A stretch of DNA of 64,000 nucleotides from Entomortierella parvispora E1425 (lineage: Eukaryota > Fungi > Mortierellomycota). The notes below the pieces were generated by a model. It did not search any database. It had not been told where the DNA came from and worked only from the letters and a program-made list of their open reading frames with translations. Location of the stretch: NCBI GenBank assembly GCA_020891255.1, contig BQFW01000011.1, forward strand, positions 1,612,001-1,676,000, read 5' to 3'. Made by a program: the position numbers and the translations under genes. Below are positions 22,718-35,950 of the stretch, piece after piece. Numbering within the stretch: the stretch's first letter is position 1; each line of letters opens with the position of its first letter.

Positions 22718-25380
22718 TTACTGTGGCTTCTCTGTCGAGGTCACCTGGGGGTCCGGAACAGACATGTCCGGGGTGTAAGGTTGCTGCTGGTTTTGTTGCT
22801 GCTGTTGAACAGCTTGCTGTTGCAAAAGCTGCTGCTGTTGCTGTCGGTGTATCTCTTGTTGAAGCAGTTGCTGTCGCTGTTGCTCGAATTGCTGCTGTCT
22901 CTGCAGCTCTTCTTCTTTTTGCTTCTGCATTTGCTGGTGTGCCATTCTCTCCGAGGCTGAGGCTGGTTTTTGACCAACGATCGCATGGTAGTTGATGTAC
23001 GCCTTCTTCTCCACGGCCTCCTCAAAGATACTTTTTGTCAGCTCACGGTACTCCTCTGACTTGCCATGGCCTTGTCGGACATAGATCGGCTCTAGTTCAT
23101 TAACGAACCCACGTTGATTCACCAGCATGGCCTGTCCAATCACACCGCCCCATCCCAATGGAATCGACCAAACCTTCACCGCCACATTTACGAATCCTGC
23201 GTTCTCGAGAAGGTGTGCCATCTCGTGGATCACGTTGGGGTTCCGACCCATGGCCTCAAAAATTCCGACGCAGTATTCTCCTGCAAGTTGACAAAGTTCG
23301 CCACCGCCTCGAAGAAACAGGTCCGGCTCCACAATCTCGACCCATCCACCCCGTTTAAGAACTCTAAAGAGCTCGAGTACAGTGCGCTGCCATTCTGTGG
23401 ACATGAGGACGACATTTTGGCGTCGTTGGTATACGAAATCGAACTGCTCATTGGTGAAGGGGAGTCGATTCAATGGCACATCTGGAACAAAGGTACAATT
23501 CCGTGGTCGAATGTTGGGTCGGATCGTTCCTGCAGGGAGGGCAGCTGAAGAGGATGAGGTTGAACCTCGTGCAGTTTGGGGGTCGGGGACAGAAAGGTTG
23601 CTGGGGGTCCCACTGGGGGGAGTGGATCCCATTTGGGATTGATCCGCCCCTAAAAGCCCACGGGGGCGGAGAATAGGCGTGTTCTTTTCAGCGTTGGAGG
23701 TGGTAAACATGATCTGTGGACATCCAATAAAGTCTGTTTCAGGCATTTCGCTAGCCATGTCCTACAGAGCCAAAGATACATGAAAAAGCAACGGGATAGA
23801 AAATAAGGTCAGGTAAGGCAAAACGTGGAATGTGAGAGCAATGGCATTTGATGGGTACAGTCAGCTTAGGTAACCTCCCCATCATTAAAGAGATCCTAAG
23901 CAGTTGTGCAACCCACTTTCTCCTTTGTGCTTCCAGTACTTTCAAGTTCGCTCCAAAGATCCAACCCCTGATTTCTTGCCATGCGTTGGGCGATCCTCCC
24001 TCATTTTTGAAACAATTTCTCGTGTAAAAAAAAAAACGTGGTTATGTCTCGGGGCTTTTTAATCTTACCAGTGTCCAATCTCCAGCTCCACAACCATTTT
24101 CGAGAACCCGCTTGAAAGCAAGATCAATGGCGGCGTGGTAGTTTCCGCCCATGACATCCTTCATGAGATAGTGTTGATCCGTTATGCTAAAAAGAGAACG
24201 AAAAGAAAAAAAAAATTACTAAAACGAAAAACTCTTGAACCAACACCTTCAATTCAATAACAGGTTTCTAATAAAAAGTCCTTACCGGTCGACATAACCT
24301 TTCGCCGCTTCAACCTCCATCTCGTTGAGCAACTGGCCTTGTTGATATGTCCAGCTGTTGTCACTCAGTGTCTTTTCGTCGTCCATCTCCATGGATGCTG
24401 GCGGAAGTCTCTTTTCTAGCCACGCAAACCCTGGTTTTCCTCGAATAAAGCTCGCACGAGGTCGGTTCATTGGTACGTTTGGCATTGACACAGAGGAGGC
24501 TGAGGAGAGTGCTGCGGAGAAGGACGACGATGGGGATGAGTCCATGGCCTGGACGAGGGATGGGGAGATTGACGAAGGCTGTCCTCCATTTTTGTCCTTT
24601 CCAGATCGCAAAGCTGAGAAGAACGAAGGCGATGAACTACCCGATCGGCTCCCGGTTTGCGGTGTACCTGCCTCTCCAAAGATGGGCGTTGTTGGTGGTA
24701 ACTGCGGTGATTGAGAGGTCGAGAAAGTCGGTGCAGGTGTAGGGGGTAGATCCGGGTCGACTCTTGAGCTGCCTATCGTGGAAAAGATGCCCGTAGCACT
24801 TTTCGCTTTTGCTGAAGGAGACGGCATCGTACCGGAGTGTACTGATTTTGGCGACGAAGCACTCAGAGGTGCAAAGGTGGACCAAGTCGCTGCTCCTGCT
24901 TGGTTCTGGTATGGGAGGAGAGGAGGACTTTGCTGTTGTTGCTGTTGCTGTTGCTGTTGTTGCCGTTTGCGCTGCTGTTGCTTCTGGGCCTTTTCTTTTA
25001 TGCGATTGATTTTTTTCTGCTGTTTTTGCTCCTTGAGATCCTCTAGGCGGCGGCTTTCTTCATCCAGCTGTTGCTGGTCGAAGTCTCCATCGAACTGTGG
25101 CACTTCATCACCGATACGAGAATCCTTGCCCTTGCTGCGAATCGAACTCAAGAAGGAAGACAAGTTAGTCTTTGAACTAACTGCCGACTCTGAATGTGCT
25201 CCTGCTCTGCTGTCTCCGCCTCCCACAATGCCTAGAGGTGAGTCAGTGGTCAGTTGAGAGTCGGTCCCCAGCATGTCCGAGTATCCATCAGAGTTGGGAT
25301 CCAAGGGTGTGCTAAGAGGTAGTGCCGATAGGGGGGTCAAGGAGAGGCCAGCCAGATCCTTGTGGAGGTATTCATGATGA

Positions 25381-25412
<32 letters not shown>

Positions 25413-25532
25413 TTGTTGTTGCTGTTGGTGGTGGTGGTGTTGTTTCCTTGACTTGCGTGAAGAGGAATTGCTGCTGCTGTCTGTAGTGGTTCTGGAAAGG
25501 ACCTTATTGAGTTTTGAAGGTTGGGCACCCAT
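22718..25532 (-). CDS. Class I SAM-dependent methyltransferase (LaeA-like/Methyltransf_23 type) with a long disordered polyQ N-terminus, 3 exons
   Basis: The middle exon gives DQHYLMKDVMGGNYHAAID...RVLENGCGAGDWTL|DMASEMPETDFIG. Later motifs are LPFTNEQFDFVYQR and ELFRVLKRGGWVEIVE. N-terminus is MGAQPSK. Confidence 0.88.
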
Positions 25533-26331
25533 AGCCGATCAACTGACTTTCCTCTTTCTCTTCTCTGAACCAAAAGGAATACAAAAAAAAAATCGAAGAT
25601 CACAGAGTGGCGACGACCATGGAATAAGAGAACAGGAGAAGATACCGATTGAAAATGAGGGGTGGAAGAGGGGTAGCGAGATGGGAAGATAGAGGAGGAA
25701 GGGGTTCGGGTGCAGAGATTTGCGCTGCACAACGGATAATAAATGAGGGTGGAAGGAAAGCAAGAGCAGAGGAAGAAAGAACGAAAAGAAGGAAAAGAAT
25801 GAACGTTTTTTTTTTTTCTCTTTTTTCATTTTCGGTTGAAATCACGACCGCCCGTTTCCCGTTTGGGAGACAGAGGAGCGTGGAGCTGCGCGAGGAGAGC
25901 AGAGTGCTCACCTCTGCTGCTCATGCCATTCATCTCAAGGCCCGTCAGTCTGGACTGGTCGGTCGACTTCGCCTTTGCTTTCGCCCTCCTTCCGTGCATC
26001 CAGGACAGGAAACAGACCAGGGATGGACCAGACCAGGCCTCCAGGGCCTCATTCCTTCCCTGCTGTTGCTAGCGAAGGTGTAGATACCCAGCACTGCGCT
26101 GCGGCCAGGCCCCACACACAACCACTCAAAGGGATCAACACCTGCACGCAGGTGCGACTGGCTCGTGTCCCGTGACCGGCGTGGATGCATTTAAGGAAGA
26201 CGACATGCATGCACTTCATCCCTCTTCTCATCTCTCTCTCTCTCTCTCTCTCACTCTTTCTCCCTTAATTCATCAGCATACTCCCACCATCACCACGCAC
26301 AGACCCAACAGACTTGACAGACATAAACACC

Positions 26332-27312
26332 ATGCCAGAGGCAACATCCCCTACCATCCCCACAAACACCATTACGGTCACCAACCTTGAGGCTGTGCAC
26401 TTTGAAAAGGAGACTATGCTCAAGCTCAAGGCTATGGCTGAATCCTTTGGTCAGGTCTACTACTTTGCACCGATAAAGTCTTTCTACCGTGTCTTTGTCG
26501 TCTATCATTCCACTGTGGATGCACGACGTGCCAAGGCAGACCTCCACAACACAGAGTTTGAGGGTACAACCCTTCGTGTATACTTTGGCCAGGTAATATA
26601 ATAGCCATGCCATGGCATGATGGAATAACCAGGTTGTTGCTAAACTCTTAAAATTCTAGAAGCCGATCTAACGCCTTGTTCAAACAACTTTTAGCATACG
26701 GAGATATCGATTGATCCATCGAGACATTATCTTCATCCCCCAGAGCTGGAGAAGAACTGGCTAATCTCGCCACCTGGCTCACCTCCAGTGGGTTGGTCCC
26801 AAATTCGTGAGGATCCGCCTAATGCCCTTCACTTGGCCGATGATCTGGTGAAGGCCTTGCTCGAGATGGGACAGCCGGTCTATCAACTACCTCAGCCTGA
26901 TGGCTCGTTCGCTGATCGCTCCCACCTGTTCGAGTCTGAGATTGAGGACTTCTCTTTAGAGGAACCACATAATCAGGAACAAGAAGTGAAAGTGGAGACT
27001 TCGCCCGAATCATCACAGCGTCAGGATAAGCTTCCTCAGCGTCTTCAAGCACTTAAGATCGATACCCACCCTAACCCGACATCGCGGACATCCTCACCTG
27101 GTTCAATCAACTCACCCTCATCTTCACTCTTTCCACCGTCGACGCCTACAGTGTTGGCCTTCCAGCCTGCCAAGGAAGCAGAAGGGGACCAACCATTTAT
27201 TACTGTTCAGGACTGGGGCATAGAAGAGGAAGCATCTCCATCTCCCGCCTTGAAGAGACGTGGCTCGATTCCCAAGACTGCTTTGCCATCCTTCCGTCCA
27301 CAAAATCATTAG
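26332..27312 (+). CDS. RCN1: Calcipressin / regulator of calcineurin (RCAN)
   Basis: RRM-like N-terminus (FAPIKSFYRVFVVY...LRVYFGQ), intron 26593-26694, YLHPP, signature WLISPPGSPPVGW, PxIxIT-like PFITVQ and terminal PKTALP. Confidence 0.93.
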
Positions 27313-27745
27313 CCCCAACTGACGCAAAAGTCTTCGTCCTTGGATGGACCCCATATTTCAATTGTACAATAAACCACAACATTCTAAATACAAGAAGACG
27401 ATTCCTTCAACGTTACTGCTCAAGGACACAGTGTTTTATTTGGTAGCGCACCATCTTGAGCAACCGAGCTGTCTGCGAGACGATAGCGTCCATGACGCAT
27501 GTTGACGGAATGCACGACTGCCAGTGATCTACGGTGTGTATACTGGCCGTAAAAATGACATCCGGCCTTGCTTTGCATCATAACATTTTGAGACCTGTCC
27601 AACTGATGATGCTCATTGTCTATCTACGCGTGCTCCCAATGGACGAGACGATCACAATATAGTACAATCTTGCTGTAACTGTGCGTCGTCCGAGTCAACT
27701 ACCATAGCCGGTGGCACGACTGACACTAGCATGCTACTCAATCAT

Positions 27746-28225
27746 TTAGACCATCTCTAGTGCTTCATATTGAGGTCGGGATCTTCTGAGGCGAACTTCT
27801 CGGAGATGATCCACGACTGTGGCCAGTAACAGTCCCACACAGGCGCCAAACACATTGGCTACAATATCGTGACTATCATATGCTCGGGTCTAGTAGAGAG
27901 AGAAAAGGAACGTATGGTTAAGAATCAAGCAAGAGCCATGGATCCTTTAACGTTTAGGTCTTACGGGTGATAGAATTGGTTGAAGGACCTCGGACCCAAA
28001 GGCAAGGAATCCGATTGGAATGACAGTGAGGAGGACATTATGAATGCGCCGAGGTCGGTCCCAGATGAAGAATGTAAGAAAAGTCAGGATGAGGAACCCA
28101 GAAAAATGGAGCAGCTTGTCCTGTGGAAGAATCTCATGGTATGGGATCTGGTCTGTTGGCAGGAATCCCAGCCCTGCGAGCAAGAAGCACTGCAGGAGAA
28201 CCAGAAGCACAAAGAAGTAGCGCAT
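27746..28225 (-). CDS. VanZ-like family small membrane protein, 2 exons
   Basis: Hydrophobic helices with QDKLLHFSGF, GSEVLQPILSP|TRAYDSHDIVANVFG, typical of VanZ-like proteins. Confidence 0.85.
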
Positions 28226-29433
28226 CCCTGTTGGGCCGACCGTTCAAGTTGGGAAGATGGAGGGCAATGAGAAACCCAGCAGGGTGCGATGGACAGAAGA
28301 AACGCGTGCCAACAGTCACAGACGCGTTCTTTTTTTTTTTTTTTTTGGTCGTTGCAACCAACTGAGAAAGAGTACCGTGCAAACAGGACGGGTTGCCATC
28401 ACCGCCACCAGAGGCTCTCTCGCGCACGACTTAGCACGAGGAGGACAGCTGCCTCAAGCAAGCCATGTTTAATGCGAAAAGGGGTGTCAACGCCGACAGG
28501 CGAGTTGAGATGAAAGAAAAGGGGTCAGCAGTCTTCGGTCAGTTGGATGGCAGCCTGACTATTGGGCATGCATTCACAATCGACGGTGGTCATCCATACC
28601 TCTTTCCAGATGTGCTTCACAGTTCTCTATCGTTCGACAAGAGGCAAGGCGGCTTGTGCGTTGCATTGTTGTTGCTGGCTTGCCATCCGACCGGGAGCAG
28701 CAAGCGATTCAGGGGCTTTCACCCTGGTGGCCAATTTTTCTGGGAATGGCATTCTCATCTTCTCATCTCTTTTTTTCCCTCGCTTTTTTTTCTGTCATCG
28801 GGATATGTTGCTTCTTCCCGCACTCCTTTCGTTCGCACTCTTCTCTCCTCTTCCACCCAACCCCTACCATCTTATTTCTTCTGTTTTTTAGTATTCAGCA
28901 TCTCGGCATCCTGCTGCTTGTTTTTTAGTTCCGTCCTGCTGGTCTAACTACCTCCCCCTCAATCTCGTTTTTTTCTATTCCCCTTCTCCCTGTCCTTTCT
29001 TCTGCATAAAGAATCGTCAGGCACGCACCCCCGCAGGAAGGCGAGAAAAAAGTTTCTGAGCGCTCGCCTCTTTCTTTCTTCAAGCAGGAACACTGTCATC
29101 ACTACTCAACCTTTGCCGTCGTCGCATTATTCCTACTGCCTCTGACAACTGTTGAACGTGGCCCCGATTCGATCCCAGTTCAACGTGGGCGACGAGCACC
29201 ATCCAGAACCTTACTTATCCGTCCTCGATCTCGCCCTTGCCTCCTTGCCTGCCGTTCCGTTATACCCTTTCCTCTCCCCTCCTCGTTTCTCCTCCTACAT
29301 ACCCCATCTCTTTGCCGGGTCGAAAAAAAACACAGCAGTTTCTTTTCCCACGAGACTTTTTGTGTCTCTCCACCCTTTTCTCTCCTCGTTTCCCCCCTGC
29401 ACTAGCAGCGTGCGCATTGTCGTTTTTGCTTGG

Positions 29434-32400
29434 ATGGACCAAGGGACGCCTTCAAATTTCTACTTGACCATTTGTCTCTATGTCTCTTTCTACTTTCTCT
29501 TCTTCACCACCGCCTCACCCCAATTGATCCCAACCGACCAAGAACTTCATGAAAGTCGTCGAGCACAGTCCTATTCAGAACAACTCGACCCTTTTCTAGC
29601 CGCCACTCGTCAAGCACAGGCTACTAAACAAGTAAAAGATCTTGCAAAGGCTCGAGCGAAACAAACCGTTGGTACTGTACGAAGTTATCATCATAAAAGA
29701 CACTCCACCTCTACCTCGAGAAGATCCGATTCGACCTCGACTTCTTCACCCACCCCATACTCGACTACAGCCTCACCCGTTCACTCGAGACAACACTCGA
29801 GAAATCTTTCGACGTCAGGAGCGAAATCGAGTCCCCGTTCACAACAGCAGCAGCAGCAACAACAACGCCACGGTAACAACCACTCAAGGCCGCAACACAC
29901 GGGGATCAATACATTCCTACGAGAATTTTCGCTGCACAAGGTCGAGAAGCTTCAGGACAACAGTCAATTGCAAGAAGAACCGGTGCTGTCTACCCTTCCT
30001 GGTGCCTTCAAGTTCTCATTCCCCGACCCCCCTTCCTTTAACCCCTCAGTGGCAACCTCCACCGGCAACACCGAGGCCCCCAGCTCGAATAGCAGTAACA
30101 CGAGCACCGGCAGCAACAGCCACAACCCCCACGGTCTCAACTTTCAACTCTTGCAGCATCAGCAGGCTCGAGAACAGACGCGGCCTTTTCACCAACAACA
30201 ACAGTTCCATCAGGACTCTTCTCAGCCCCTCTCCTCTCATTCACCCCACATCCAATTCCAGGATCAAGGTTCTTCTTCTGCGGCACCACCACCTGTCTTG
30301 ATACCGAGTGCCTTTTTCAAGTTTTCGCCCCAGAGACAGCCGCCTCGACGTTTCCCTCGTCAAAACCAGAATCGATACTACCACTTTTATCCAGAGACCC
30401 CGCTCTTCCGGAAGAAACCCTCGATCAACAGCGTAAACAACAGTTCCACCGACATCACAACCGCTGCCCTGCACCACCCTCACCCACATCACCACATCCT
30501 CCCCCCTACATCTATTACGTCCAGATCTGCGAGCAAACCCGCCGCTCCATTCGGTCACGGCATGATATCACCCTCCTCTGCAGCCACGGCCACAACGACC
30601 ACCACATCAACAAGCCCCGCGGGTAGTAGTCCCTCGCAAGGGTCTGTTTCAACAGCAGTTGCGGCCGAGAGCCAAACGATACCCCCGTCACCACCGGTCG
30701 TCAAGAAGGTGTCCATTGCAGCTGCCCGCCAGATAAACGACCAACATTCCCATTCAAAACCGCAACCGCAAGGGCAAAGTCAGGGACAACAGGGATTGCA
30801 ACAGAACTCAGGGCAGGAGGAAGAGGAGGCCCAAGCACGGACTTTATCAATAGAGGATCAGGCGCAATCACAATCGCAACAGAAACAAACGCAGCTGCTG
30901 CAACAGCACCAAGCACGGGGCAACAGTAATGTCAACAACAACAATGACAACCATAACAGCACGACCACTCCCCCTCTCCCACTCTCACAAACAGCACCCA
31001 GATCCCATCGCGGCACCATCCATACTCTTAATCACACCACGACAGGAACCAGGACCCGTTATGAAGCAAAGGTTCATTTGGAAGGTAAGCAACAAGACAA
31101 ATCTTCTTCCAGTGTTGGCTCTTCCATTTCTCCATCATCCACAAGGGGATCTCGAACTCCAAATTCCACCACAACCTGGGAACGAGGCCAATGTGGATAC
31201 ATACAATACGGATCATGCAAGTCTATTTTTGAGTTGGTGTTCGGGGGCGAGCCCTTTGGCGCTCTACTGGAGTCAGGGGGAGCGAAGAACGATGGGAGTC
31301 TTAAGAACCAGTGGTCCTTCGTCTACTTTTTTCCAGGTCTAGCCCAGCTACGACCCTTTTTTTTATATAACTTCCTTACTTGGCCGCGCCTTCCACCGGT
31401 CTCTTTCTTGTCTTTACCCTACTGTCGTCGCCATCGTCGCCACTCTCTCCCCTCTCCCCCCTCTTTTATTTCTTTTTGCGCAAGCTGGATCTTGCCACAA
31501 CTGACGAAAAATGTCCATATCTGTTGCCTCCACCCCCACCGCCCCTTTTCTAGATTCGGTCACGCCGGCGACGTTGTTGGCTCATCTCCGACTGTTGCGT
31601 CTGGTCCAAAGTCTGGTGATTGTCGAAGATGAGGATCTGGATTTCTTGTTCTTGATTCGATCAGAAGAACGTTATCTCCTGTACATGGACATGCTGCAGC
31701 AACGTCAACCCTTGCCGGCTTCGGTTCCCCTACCTCCTTTAGGTAGGTCAGTTGATCCGGTTTCTGGCCATCTACAACCGACAGATGACATGGAGAAGCA
31801 AGAAAAAGTGTGGTGTGCATTGGCCATCGGAACTTCTGGACCGCCCATCTCAACCTTTTTCCCTTTTTTTTTCCTTGTTTTTGTTCACGGCGATAGATGT
31901 CGCTTTGATGTGGACCGTACATATGCTGGCCCCCTTTAGGTATCATGAGGACCTATTAAGGAGTTACGGTCCCCACCTTCTCAACTACTATTTTCCATTG
32001 GAGCGATACGTAAGCGATTTGAACTTGATTTTCCTTTTTTTTTTTTTTTTTTTTCCCTTTGTTTTGCAGGAATATCTGGATTGTGGACAATCTCGAACAA
32101 ACAACTCCACAAACCTCCGCGTTATTCCACGTTGTTGTCATCTTGCAGACAGGCACGAGACAACACGTTTTTTTTCTTCTGGATTTAGCGCTAGTTCGAC
32201 TGCTCGCTGCATGCACTCCGTTCGCCTTTTTTGACTCCTTCTGATCATTCTCTGACTTCAATGTCTTGCTTGTACTTTACTCCTTTTTAGGTTGCAGCTG
32301 TGGACATTGAGAACCCCTCCACAGAGCATGAGGATTTTTTGGATTCCAAGGCAATGTGGCAACAACAGTACCCGGGCGAACCATTTGACCTGGATAAAGA

Positions 32401-34433
32401 GGACACCACTCGTATGTTCGATATACAGTGCCTTTGGTGTGGAGGGACCAATGTCATGGATAGGTACGTTCATCAGGACGCGATTTTTTTTTTTTTTGGT
32501 GGCAAAAATGAGCCTAATCGTTTCTTTCTGTTGATACTCCTCTAGCTCCACCTACATCAAGTTCAGGATTGATGGCATGTCCATTGACTGTGCAGGATGT
32601 GAATCTCAGTGCAGTCTCGAGACTCTGTCCTCAAAACGTCTCTGGGATGGTATTGAAGCATACAGAGCGGATTCGTCATACCTTCTGGCGTAAGTAGATC
32701 TTGATGTACCGGGCATGTGGTTTTTTTATTCTCTCAACTACAGTAGATTGACAATTGATGCTGCCATCTCCCCTCTCCTACCTCCTTTTTTGTTTACCAG
32801 TGGATCCCTTTTATCACCCTGGACTGGCTCCCCAGATCCAATTGCAGCGCAACGTGAACATCACCATCTCTTTTTCCACCCTCGGATCCAATTTGGACTG
32901 GACCAGGCCTCTGTGTCATTGAACTGTACCTGGCCAAAGGTCATCCAGGCCTTTCAGGATTTAGGACCCGACCAATATTATGGGATCCGACCCACGACTC
33001 TGGCTCGGATAATGAGTTCTTATATGAGTTTGATCGATGATCGGCTTTCCATGGACTTGGTCGCGGGTGCCTTGAGACAGCGGGATTTCCAAAAGGCGAT
33101 GATGGTCACAGGTGGACAAGCCTGGTGCCAACCCCAGGTATTGCAACGGTCGCTGGATCGGTACAAGAAATTCATGCTCTTGGCCCGTGCGGAGAGCAAA
33201 CATTCCTCGTCGACTGCAACAACCACAGTCGGATCAGGCATTGGAGGCGCAGGAGTAGCTGGAGGCGGCAGTAATTCCTCTGGAATCGGAGGTGGAGGCA
33301 TTGGTAACGTTGGAGGGCTCCCTGGACGGCATTCTTTGGTTCCAACATTGGACATTGATCTTGCATGGCACACTCACATGTTGTCACCGGCTCATTACCG
33401 TCAGTACCAACAGTTTCACTACGGTCGGGTCTTGAACCACGACGATACTGTCCAAGCAACGTCCTTGATGACAAAACAGGATTTTGTACGGACGGCCGAA
33501 CTCTGGCAAGAGTTGTACCAGGAACGGTACTCCAGTCAGGAATTGGCTTGGGTGGGTCTATTTGTGCTGACACCGGAGAAGCTGTGTGTGGGTGTAGTCT
33601 TCCCGCCCTATGGTATTTACCTGATCTGGAAGAGTTTAAAGGCCAAGAAGAAGGCTAGACGTTTGCTCAAGGCGGAAAAGAAACGTCAAAAGCAGTCTCT
33701 GTCATCCAGGGCGAGTCGAGAGGCTGAGATCGTAGCGGCTGCATCCAGCATGAGGCTAAATGAAAAGCAACAACCGCAGGAACATCTGCAGCAGCAAGAG
33801 CTGATGGCCGAAGGTGTGGGTCCTAGCCAGGCGATCGCGGATTCGCAAGCCGAGCCGTCAGAGAAATCTGGTCTGGAGATCTCGGAAGAAACATCGACCC
33901 AAGCCGCTGTACCTGATGCCAAGGGCAAGGGCAGGATGGACGAGAACGCGTCCTTCGATGAAAAGAGTGCTACAGGAAGCGAGAACTCCACAGCCAAGGA
34001 GCCCACTGACTCGCTGCACAGGAATCTGACTCCAGCTCTGGGACTGGATGGTAGATTCAGTAACTGGAATGACGAAGCACTTGGACCAGATGGGTAAGCA
34101 CCACTTTCTTGTTATGAGGAGCCAAAGATTTTGGGCCATGTAATCCCTCCTAACTCGACTCCTGTTCTCTTTTTTATAGTCAGGCATCATGTTCCTCAGG
34201 CGCGTGTATCATGTCCCCCTGGAATGAGCTTCAAGGTAAGAAGTGGAAACTACTTCTTCTGATTTAAGAGAGAAAAACCGAGTAAAAAGAACTGTGAAGC
34301 GCTGTAGCTCACATAGTCCATTCTCTTCATTCACCCATTAGATTTTTCACCCTATGCCGAGATCCAATACCAACATCAGCAACATCAACAGCAGCAACGC
34401 GAGTTGCGGAAAGAAAGGTCTTCTGGTCCTTAA
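29434..34433 (+). CDS. Glycine-rich domain-containing (GRDP/DUF1399-like) protein with a ~550-aa disordered Q/S/T/H-rich N-terminal exon; a short form may start at ATG 31511
   Basis: PLPPL|DVALMWTVHMLAPFRYHED and LVPTLDIDLAWHTHMLSPAHY...LNHDD are GRDP motifs. Phase-1 donor 31085 (GAAG|gtaagc) fits acceptor 31553 (ctgac...ccccttttctag|AT). The 5' start is uncertain. Confidence 0.75.
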
Positions 34434-34671
34434 AATCTAGACAAAGAAACCCATCCTTTATCTACATTTCACATCTACAGCCGTTCTTAAAACAAAAGAA
34501 AAAAACATCAAAAATCCTTGGAAAACTGTTCAGTTGCCAGCAGATCGTGAAGAAGGGCAATTAAAAAGTTTTGGTTAGATCAAGATCGATAGTTTTTATG
34601 GGGTGCTTATGTACAAGTGTTTTTGCGTGTGCTAGAATACAGTAAAGAGGGGTAGGGCGAGAGGGAAGCAT

Positions 34672-35679
34672 CTAAGAGGGGTTGTTGGATAATGTCAAGG
34701 CAAGAGAAGCCGCAGCGTTCAGCTCCTGCTGTCTCTCGTTGGCCCTTGCCTCTCTTTCCTGTTGTAATTGCAGCTCTCGCTCTTCTTCTTCTTCATGCTA
34801 TTTTCCAGGAAGAATAAAAGAATAATCATAGTTAGTCAAAAGCATCCATTTTCTCTAACCCGATGGTAGCTGGTGAAAAAAACACCAAAAAAAAGAGAGA
34901 ACATACCCACATCTCCTCTTGCTCGATCCACCAGTTTGGTAAGGATTCTGGCAGAGTGATCCAGTCGATATCAAAGAGTTCAATAAACTGTTCGTTCACA
35001 TAACGCGCCTTGTTACCGGCATATGCTCTGTACTCTACGATGATGGAGCTGAAATTCCAATGCTGCAGTCGCCGTAAACAACCCATAAACGTGCCAATCT
35101 CATGGATTCCTGACCTGTTGTTGTTTTTTTGAAATGAGAGAGAAATGGTACAATGAGTGGGGATCCAAGAGTCTAAAGAGGCAAGGAACAGGAAGAAGAA
35201 ATAAAACGTCCATGATATACGCGTAAAATAGAAACTTACGTGTCCATGACAATGATAGGGTAGTTTTTAGCATCCAAGATCATCTCTAGGCCATCCTTGA
35301 TCAGTTCCTCGCTGAGAGGCTTCCACCAACTTGTGTGGAAGGGTGCGACTGGGATCGACGACGTGACCATGGTTGAGAAGTTACTCTCGCCTTGGTTGGG
35401 GTTACTACCGCTACCGTTGTTATTGTTCGAGCCGTTTCCTTGAGCGTCGCCAGTAGTGTTGTTGTTGTTGTTCTTCCAGGATCCTAGGGCCAGGTCGATG
35501 AGGCGAATCTGATTCTCTTCAAAAAAATTGGACATTGCTCTTGAAGGCAGTTCTGGCGTGAGGAGGATGGCCGTCTTGATGTTGAGGGAGCGGATGAATG
35601 GAAAGTGCGATGGATGCAGTGTGTCTGAGCGGTAGAGTCCTGGCTCGACGATGCCAAACTGCTCTGGAGGTGTCAGCAT
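34672..35679 (-). CDS. Siw14/OCA family tyrosine-phosphatase-like protein, OCA4-like and probably catalytically dead
   Basis: MLTPPEQFGIVEPGLYRS, GCLRRLQHWNFSSIIVEYRAYAG and EQFIELFD. The active-site region reads VMDT|SGIHEIG instead of HCxxGxHRTG. Confidence 0.85.
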
Positions 35680-35950
35680 CCTGTTTGTATGTATGTGTGT
35701 GTGTGTCTACTTGGGTCGTCCTTGATGGTGGTGGGGTCTGAAGCAACAGCGAAAGGAAGGGAAAGGGCAGCAGCAGGTGAAAAGGAGCGGAATTTGTGTG
35801 GCTTTGCAGGCCAGGGAAGGGACGCGCATGAGGAGAAGGCAATGTCAGGAGTGAGTTGGTTCGAGTCGTTTGCATCCCATCCCCACTTCTCTCTCTCCCT
35901 ATCCCTCTCTGCCCTCAGGACAACCTCCATTCACCCCGCCGCAAAGAACT

